From: Pseudomonadota bacterium
Lineage (GTDB): Bacteria; Pseudomonadota; Alphaproteobacteria; UBA2136; JAPKEQ01
NCBI GenBank assembly: GCA_036141575.1
Contig: JAYZXF010000018.1
Location: 613 to 64,612, forward strand
Direction of reading: 5' to 3'
Length of the DNA stretch: 64,000 bases
Positions 57,815 to 64,000 of the stretch are shown one piece after another. Below the pieces are notes generated by a model that saw only the letters and a program-made list of their open reading frames with translations, was not told the DNA's origin and ran no database searches. The stretch's first letter is position 1. The number at the start of each line of letters is the position of its first letter. Position numbers and translations under genes: made by a program.

Positions 57815-58732
57815 ATGGCAAAAGTTAGAAAAGCAGTTATTCCAGTAGCGGGTTGGGGAACACGTTTCCTTCCTGCGACAAAGGCAATGCCAAAAGAGAT
57901 GCTGACAGTTGTCGATAAACCTGTTGTGCAATACGCCCTAGAAGAGGCGAGAGCTGCAGGTATTGAAGAATTTATTTTTGTAACGGGTCGCGGTAAGCAA
58001 ACCATTGAAAACCACTTTGATCGCTCTTTTGAGCTAGAAGAGGTGCTTGAAGCAAAAGGCCGTACAGAAGACCTTGAGCTTCTTAAGGACATCACACCTC
58101 CTGAAGGCTGTGTAATGTACACGCGTCAGGCGCGTCGCCGCGGTTTAGGCCATGCGGTTCTTTGTGCGCGTAGTGCAGTTGGTGATGAGCCGTTTGCAGT
58201 GCTTCTGCCTGATGACATTGTGTTTGGTTATAACAACCGTGTGCCTCTGAAAGAAATGGTTGAAACATTTGAAGAGCATGAAAAATCAGTTGTGCTTTGC
58301 ATGGAAGTGGCTAAAGAAAACACAACGCGCTACGGTATCCTAGATACGGGTGGTGCTGTGCCACAAAGTGATGTGCTTCCTGTGCAAGGTTTTGTTGAGA
58401 AGCCTTCTATGGAAGAAGCGCCATCGAACATGGCCGTTATGGGGCGTTACGTATTTACTCCTGAAGTTTGGGACCTACTAGAAAAGACAGAAGCAGGGGC
58501 TGGTGGTGAAATTCAGCTGACTGATGCGATGGAAACGCTTGCCAAAGAACAAGGTTTTATGGGACAAGTGCTCGACGGTATTCGTCTGGACTGTGGTGAC
58601 CGCCCAGGGTTTGTCAAAGCAAACATTTTTATGGCGTTGAACCATCCAGAGCTTAAAGGCGAAATTGCAGAGTTTATTAAAGAACTTGATATCGATAATC
58701 CTCAGGCATCAAGCCTTGAGAAGGTAAAGTAA
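57815..58732 (+). CDS. galU: UTP--glucose-1-phosphate uridylyltransferase
   Basis: PVAGWGTRFLPATKAMPKEML. Confidence 0.9.
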   Translation: MAKVRKAVIPVAGWGTRFLPATKAMPKEMLTVVDKPVVQYALEEARAAGIEEFIFVTGRGKQTIENHFDRSFELEEVLEAKGRTEDLELLKDITPPEGCVMYTRQARRRGLGHAVLCARSAVGDEPFAVLLPDDIVFGYNNRVPLKEMVETFEEHEKSVVLCMEVAKENTTRYGILDTGGAVPQSDVLPVQGFVEKPSMEEAPSNMAVMGRYVFTPEVWDLLEKTEAGAGGEIQLTDAMETLAKEQGFMGQVLDGIRLDCGDRPGFVKANIFMALNHPELKGEIAEFIKELDIDNPQASSLEKVK

Positions 58733-58748
58733 AAGGTAAACCTTTCAA

Positions 58749-60053
58749 ATGAAAATAGCATTTATTGGAACAGGCTACGTTGGCCTGGTGAGTGGGACGT
58801 GTTTTTCTGAGCTTGGCTTTGATGTGACATGCCTAGATGTGGATCAAAAGAAAATTGATGATCTAAATAATAATGGCAAAATTCCAATTTATGAACCGGG
58901 CCTTGAAGAGCTAGTGAAAAAGAACACGGCTGCCGGTCGTCTTTCTTTCAGTACATCGTACGCAGATGTGATTCCTCAGGCGGATGTTGTTTTTATTGCT
59001 GTAGGAACACCTCAAGATGAAGACGGTTCTGCTGACCTGAAATATGTAGAAGCTTGTGCACGCCAAATGGCGCCACACTTTAACGGCTACACAGTTGTAG
59101 TAGATAAATCAACGGTGCCAGTTGGTACGGCACAGAGTGTGCAAAAGTGGATTTCATCTGAAAACCCACATGCTGAGTTTGATGTTGTGAGTAACCCTGA
59201 ATTCCTTCGTGAAGGCCATGCTGTTGGTGACTTTATGGATGGCGACCGTGTGGTTGTTGGCGCACAGAGTGAAAAAGCTCTGGGTGTGATGCGTGAACTC
59301 TACAAACCACTTGTGGCACGCGGTGTAAAACTGTTTGAAACCAATGCTCCAACAGCTGAAATGATTAAGTACGCTGCTAATGCTTTCCTTGCGATGAAAA
59401 TTACATTTATTAACGAAGTTGCAGCGCTTAGCGAAGCTTGTGGTGCTGATGTGATGGATGTAGCAGATGGTATTGGTATGGATAACCGTATTGGTCGTGC
59501 CTTCCTAAACCCAGGACCTGGCTATGGTGGCTCTTGCTTCCCGAAAGATACCAATGCCTTTGCAAAAATTGGTAAGGATTATAACGAACCTCAAACGCTG
59601 ATTGAAACCGTGATTGAAGCCAATGTGCGTATTAAAGAGCGTATGGCTGAGAAGGTTGTGAATGCAATGGGCGGTAATATACAGGGTAAAACTATCGGTG
59701 TGCTTGGTCTTGCGTTTAAGGCAGATACAGATGACATGCGCGATGCACCATCTCTTACAATTCTTCCAATCCTCAATGAGCTTGGTGCCAAGGTAAAAGC
59801 TTTTGATCCTGAAGCGATGGAAGAAGCCGCACCGAAGATGCCATTTATTGATATGCAAGACAGCGCTGAAGCCGTGTTTGATGGTACAGACGCTGTGCTT
59901 GTTCTCACGGAGTGGGCAGAATTTAGAGACCTGAGCTGGAATACGCTTGGGAGCGGAATGGCTGGCAATACATGTGTTGACCTTCGCAACATTCTAGATG
60001 CAACAGCGATGCGTGAAGCAGGCTGGGCATACACATGTATTGGACAGAAATAA
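58749..60053 (+). CDS. ugd: UDP-glucose 6-dehydrogenase
   Basis: GTGYVGLV Rossmann motif and the catalytic GGSCFPKD. Confidence 0.9.
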   Translation: MKIAFIGTGYVGLVSGTCFSELGFDVTCLDVDQKKIDDLNNNGKIPIYEPGLEELVKKNTAAGRLSFSTSYADVIPQADVVFIAVGTPQDEDGSADLKYVEACARQMAPHFNGYTVVVDKSTVPVGTAQSVQKWISSENPHAEFDVVSNPEFLREGHAVGDFMDGDRVVVGAQSEKALGVMRELYKPLVARGVKLFETNAPTAEMIKYAANAFLAMKITFINEVAALSEACGADVMDVADGIGMDNRIGRAFLNPGPGYGGSCFPKDTNAFAKIGKDYNEPQTLIETVIEANVRIKERMAEKVVNAMGGNIQGKTIGVLGLAFKADTDDMRDAPSLTILPILNELGAKVKAFDPEAMEEAAPKMPFIDMQDSAEAVFDGTDAVLVLTEWAEFRDLSWNTLGSGMAGNTCVDLRNILDATAMREAGWAYTCIGQK

Positions 60054-60065
60054 GGAGCAACTCTT

Positions 60066-61067
60066 ATGAAAACGATTCTTGTAACAGGTGCAGCAGGCTT
60101 TATTGGCTACGGTGTATCTAAAAAATTCCTTGCAGAAGGTTGGAAAGTTGTCGGTATTGATTGTGTAAATGATTACTACGACACATCTCTGAAGTATGCT
60201 CGACTTGCGGAGTTGGAATCACAAGAACACTTTACGTTTCATAAAGTAGACCTGGCTAAAAAGGGTGCCTTTGATGATATTTTGACTGATGAAAAACCAT
60301 CTCGTGTGGTACATCTTGCAGCTCAGCCAGGGGTGCGTTACTCGCTTGAAAACCCATTTGCTTACATTGAAAGTAACGTTATGGGGCATATGCGTGTGCT
60401 TGAGGCGTGCCGTCATTATGTTGCAGGTGGTGCCGAAGATTTCCACCTTCTTTACGCATCGTCATCTTCAGTGTATGGCGGTAACGATAAAGTGCCTTAC
60501 GCAGAATCTGATCCTGTAGATCATCCACAGAGTCTTTACGCTGCAACAAAGAAAGCTGATGAGCTATTTAGCGACTGCTATGCACATCTTTACAAGATAC
60601 CAATGAGTGGTCTACGCTTCTTTACTGTTTACGGCCCTTGGGGACGTCCAGATATGAGCCCAATGCTCTTTGCATCAGCCATTGCAGAAGGTCGCCCAAT
60701 TAACGTATTTAACTACGGTGAAATGTGGCGTGACTTTACGTACATTGATGACATTGTAGAAGGTATTTACCGTCTAAGTGATGTGGTGCCAACAGGTGAC
60801 CTTCCTCATGAAGTTTACAATATTGGTAACAACACGCCTGTAACGCTCAAAGAATATATTGAGACGATGGAAAAGGTGATGGGTGCGGGGGCTGAGTGGA
60901 ACCTCATGCCAATGCAGCCGGGTGATGTTCTGAAGACTTATGCTGATACAGATAAGATTTTTGCGGCAACAGGTTGGAAGCCTGATACGCCGCTAGAAAA
61001 AGGTCTTCAGGCCTTTGCGGACTGGTTCAAAAAATGGCATGCTGAGTCGTCAGGGAAATCAGCTTAG
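60066..61067 (+). CDS. UDP-glucuronate 4-epimerase (extended SDR)
   Basis: VTGAAGFIG and YAATKKA catalytic motifs; lies directly after ugd. Confidence 0.8.
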   Translation: MKTILVTGAAGFIGYGVSKKFLAEGWKVVGIDCVNDYYDTSLKYARLAELESQEHFTFHKVDLAKKGAFDDILTDEKPSRVVHLAAQPGVRYSLENPFAYIESNVMGHMRVLEACRHYVAGGAEDFHLLYASSSSVYGGNDKVPYAESDPVDHPQSLYAATKKADELFSDCYAHLYKIPMSGLRFFTVYGPWGRPDMSPMLFASAIAEGRPINVFNYGEMWRDFTYIDDIVEGIYRLSDVVPTGDLPHEVYNIGNNTPVTLKEYIETMEKVMGAGAEWNLMPMQPGDVLKTYADTDKIFAATGWKPDTPLEKGLQAFADWFKKWHAESSGKSA

Positions 61068-61073
61068 GTTGCC

Positions 61074-61709
61074 ATGAATAAAGAAATTCGCTACCAGATT
61101 TTCAAAACTCTCCATGATCTAAATCCGGAGCCAGAAGGCGAGCTGGATTATGTTAACCTTTATACTTTACTTGTGGCCGTTGTGCTGAGTGCACAGGCCA
61201 CAGATGTAGGGGTAAACAAAGCGACAAAAGAGCTCTTTAAGCTTGTTACCACGCCTGAAGAAATGGTGGCACTTGGTGAAGAAGAGCTCATCTCTCATAT
61301 CAAAACAATTGGTCTTTATAAGGCTAAAGCAAAGAACACCATTAAGCTCTCTGAAATGCTGATTGAAAAGCACGGCAGTGAAGTACCTAATGATCAAAAA
61401 GCTCTAGAAGCTTTGCCTGGCGTTGGTCGTAAAACAGCAAACGTTGTGCGCAATATTGGTTTTGGTGTGCCAACCATTGCGGTTGATACTCACGTGTTTC
61501 GTCTAAGCAATCGTACAGGTATTGCGAAAGCACCAACGGTAGAAAAAGTAGAAGAACGGCTCAATAAAGTGGTACCAAAAGAGTTTCTTCTTCACGCGCA
61601 TCATTGGTTAATTCTACACGGGCGTTATATTTGTACTGCCCGAAAACCTAAGTGTTCTGAGTGCCCAATTGAGCATCTATGTGAATATAAAGAAAAAGTC
61701 TTTTCTTAA
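61074..61709 (+). CDS. nth: endonuclease III
   Basis: HhH-GPD (LPGVGRKTANVV) and an Fe-S cluster loop C-x6-C-x2-C-x5-C. Confidence 0.9.
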   Translation: MNKEIRYQIFKTLHDLNPEPEGELDYVNLYTLLVAVVLSAQATDVGVNKATKELFKLVTTPEEMVALGEEELISHIKTIGLYKAKAKNTIKLSEMLIEKHGSEVPNDQKALEALPGVGRKTANVVRNIGFGVPTIAVDTHVFRLSNRTGIAKAPTVEKVEERLNKVVPKEFLLHAHHWLILHGRYICTARKPKCSECPIEHLCEYKEKVFS

Positions 61710-61763
61710 AATCTCTGTAACCTTTGCGGTTCTTCTTCCGAATATCTATTGTAAGAAAAGGTT

Positions 61764-62270
61764 ATGAAACAGGAGAACACCGTGAAAACACTTCATAAAA
61801 GTCGAAGGTATTTTTTAGGAGCAGCAGTGCTTGCGCTGGTGGCTCCAAGAATTATATTTGCCGTGACAAAAGAAGAGAAGGAGAAATGGGCATTGAGTAG
61901 AGATGAGTGGAAAGAGCGTCTCACGGATGAGCAGTATTATGTTCTTCGTAGAGAGGGGACTGAGCGTCCTTGGACAAGCAAGTTTAATGATGAAAAACGT
62001 GAAGGTATCTATCACTGCGCAGGTTGTGATTTAGCACTGTTTAAGTCAGAACATAAATATGATAGCGGCACAGGTTGGCCAAGCTTCTTTGATACAATTG
62101 AAGGAGCGGTAGAAACCAAGCTAGATTTTAAGTTGGTGTATCCTCGTAAAGAATACCACTGTACAAGATGTGGCGGCCACCAGGGACATGTCTTTAAAGA
62201 TGGTCCAGAGCCAACGGGCCTTAGATATTGTAACAATGGCGTGGCACTCACGTTTAAGGCGAAAGGGTAA
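61764..62270 (+). CDS. msrB: peptide-methionine (R)-S-oxide reductase with a twin-arginine signal peptide
   Basis: SRRYFLGAAVLALVAPRIIFA Tat-type leader, two CxxC zinc motifs, catalytic RYCNNG. Confidence 0.9.
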   Translation: MKQENTVKTLHKSRRYFLGAAVLALVAPRIIFAVTKEEKEKWALSRDEWKERLTDEQYYVLRREGTERPWTSKFNDEKREGIYHCAGCDLALFKSEHKYDSGTGWPSFFDTIEGAVETKLDFKLVYPRKEYHCTRCGGHQGHVFKDGPEPTGLRYCNNGVALTFKAKG

Positions 62271-62275
62271 CCCAC

Positions 62276-62854
62276 GTGAAAAAAGTATTCCTATTAACTG
62301 CAGCATTACTATGGGGAGGTGATCTCATGGCAGAAACAAAAACAGCAATTTATGCCGGCGGATGTTTTTGGTGTATTGAAAAAGACTTTGAAAAACTAGA
62401 CGGCGTTATTGATGTGGTGTCTGGTTATAGTGGCGGCTCAAAAGAAGACGCAACTTATGAGTTGGTTTCAGCAAAAAAGACCAAGCATTATGAAGTGGTG
62501 CAAGTGACCTATGATGCTGAAAAAGTATCTTATAAAGAGCTTACAGATTACTTTTGGCACCATGTGGATCCACTAGATGGTAGCGGTCAATTTTGTGACA
62601 AAGGTGAGCAGTACACAAGCGCTGTGTTTTACGGCAATGATGAAGAAAAGCACATTGCTGAAGAGCTTAAGGCATCTTATGAAAAAGACCTGTTTGGAAC
62701 TGGTGCTGTGAAAACAAAAATTATGCCTGCAAAGCCATTTTACTTAGCGGAAGAGTACCATCAGGATTACTACAAAAAGAACCCTGTACGTTACAACTAT
62801 TACCGTTGGGCTTGTGGCCGAGATCAGCGTGTAAATGAGGTTTGGAAAAAGTAA
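62276..62854 (+). CDS. msrA: peptide-methionine (S)-S-oxide reductase with a Sec-type signal peptide
   Basis: GTG start, leader KKVFLLTAALLWGGDLMA, catalytic GGCFWC. Confidence 0.9.
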   Translation: MKKVFLLTAALLWGGDLMAETKTAIYAGGCFWCIEKDFEKLDGVIDVVSGYSGGSKEDATYELVSAKKTKHYEVVQVTYDAEKVSYKELTDYFWHHVDPLDGSGQFCDKGEQYTSAVFYGNDEEKHIAEELKASYEKDLFGTGAVKTKIMPAKPFYLAEEYHQDYYKKNPVRYNYYRWACGRDQRVNEVWKK

Positions 62855-64000
62855 TTATTTAACCAAATCATCTAATGGATATCCTCCATCAGAAGGAATG
62901 TTGTACTCGGTAATTCTTTCTGATGTGAGGGCCTTGTGAGAGGCGCGCCAAAGCGGAACATAAATGAGGTCTTGTGCAGTAATGCGCTGGACCTCTTTTG
63001 CTAGGTTGTCATGTCTTTCACCTTTAGGTGTTGTGGCAAGCGTATCGAGCAAATAGTCCACTGTAGTATTCCTGTAAAATCCTCTGTTTAAGCCTTTTGG
63101 TGGTATCATTTCTGAGTGGTAAACACTGTTTAAAAAGTCTGTATCAAAGGCACCAACCCAAGTCAGAATATACATTTCTGTGGCACCCTTTTTAACGTTT
63201 TCATAGAACGTACCCCATTCAGTACTTTGAATGTTGAGCTGAATGTAAGCGCTTTTTAATTGGTCTTGAATCACTTGTGCGAGTTTATGCACAAAAGCAT
63301 TGTTTGTGATTGAGAGTGTGATGTGAAGTGGTTTTTCAGCACTGTAACCAAGGTCTGTCATCATCAGTTGTGCGCGCTCTAAATTATGCTGTGGCGGGTG
63401 GACATTAAACACAGATTGGTGCGTTGGCATCAGTACGCTGAGAGCAGGGGCAGCGTCACCTTTAAGAAGGGCAGAAACCAGTGCATCACGATTCAATGCA
63501 TAAGCAACAGCTTTACGAATTTTAAGCGTGTTGGTTGGCGTGTTTTTTACGTTGAATCCAATGTAACTATATGACTCTGAAGGTGCAGAAAAGCCTGTGA
63601 ACCCTTTGTTTTGACCATGATTAAATAGTTCTGGAGACATATCGCCGTGGGCAATATCAATGTCGCCTTTTTGTAGTGCCATGAGGCGCACATCTGGAGA
63701 TTGGATTGTGCTAAAGAGAGCTGTTTTTCCAGAAGTATGAGCGAGTTCTATGCTGTTTAGGTGGTTTACATTTTTAATGCGCCAATCACCAAGGCCTTGC
63801 GGTGTACCATCGGCCATTTTAATCAGTGGGGCAGTAAGCACTTTTGCTCGGTAAGGGTCGTCCATGTTGACGTAAAAACGCAGAGTGTTTTCATCTTGTT
63901 TTTCAACTTTAATGAGGCCCTCAGTTAGGGATGTATAAGGGTACAAGTTGGTTTGAAGGTCAGTGTAAACAGCTATAACATCCTCAGCGTTCAAAGGAGC
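62855..64000 (-). CDS. ABC transporter substrate-binding protein, family 5 (peptide/nickel type), N-terminus beyond the window edge
   Basis: Frame is open to position 64000 and the apparent TTG start at 63994 is an ORF-caller artefact. The family call is by overall resemblance only. Confidence 0.7.
   Translation of the reverse strand, partial: APLNAEDVIAVYTDLQTNLYPYTSLTEGLIKVEKQDENTLRFYVNMDDPYRAKVLTAPLIKMADGTPQGLGDWRIKNVNHLNSIELAHTSGKTALFSTIQSPDVRLMALQKGDIDIAHGDMSPELFNHGQNKGFTGFSAPSESYSYIGFNVKNTPTNTLKIRKAVAYALNRDALVSALLKGDAAPALSVLMPTHQSVFNVHPPQHNLERAQLMMTDLGYSAEKPLHITLSITNNAFVHKLAQVIQDQLKSAYIQLNIQSTEWGTFYENVKKGATEMYILTWVGAFDTDFLNSVYHSEMIPPKGLNRGFYRNTTVDYLLDTLATTPKGERHDNLAKEVQRITAQDLIYVPLWRASHKALTSERITEYNIPSDGGYPLDDLVK

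Overview
The window is a 64-kb chromosomal segment, densely coding, with no rRNA, tRNA, CRISPR array, transposase, integrase or prophage visible by eye. Gene content and order suggest an alphaproteobacterium with moderate GC: kdsD-lptC-lptA-lptB / rpoN-hpf-rapZ, coxC...thrC-M16 peptidase, tsaD-gpsA, recF-gyrB, and a 17-kDa-antigen-type lipoprotein. This taxonomic call is an inference, not a search result. Positions 1-46000 are mostly housekeeping genes (comM, maf, coaE, mnmE, mutM, tsaD, gpsA, gyrB, recF, thrS, infC, ppa, accD, rsmB, rpe and others). Positions 46000-61100 hold a surface-polysaccharide / nucleotide-sugar locus (wecB, heparinase II/III-like, GT4, SDR, WecA/WbpL-type, CapD/WbpM-type, galU, ugd, UDP-GlcA 4-epimerase), interrupted by a lipoprotein gene and nhaA. 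The main unexplained signals are: (1) a family of long intergenic repeats upstream of rpoN, thrS and a standalone class-II aaRS-like gene, one copy of which carries a near-consensus sigma-54 -24/-12 promoter pointing away from rpoN; two of the copies (rpoN-lptB spacer and aaRS-like/GT4 spacer) share a short reading frame; (2) a terminator-bounded two-gene cassette encoding a very basic and an acidic repeat protein, both with C-terminal hydrophobic anchors; (3) an orphan VirB11-type ATPase coupled to rapZ; (4) an isolated, enlarged COX III homologue; (5) infC followed by a DUF3137-like gene and a GNAT gene instead of rpmI-rplT; (6) Lys/Ala/Pro-rich tails on NhaA and MscS; (7) exported MsrB (Tat) and MsrA (Sec). 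All family assignments come from motifs read by eye, and no database search was run.
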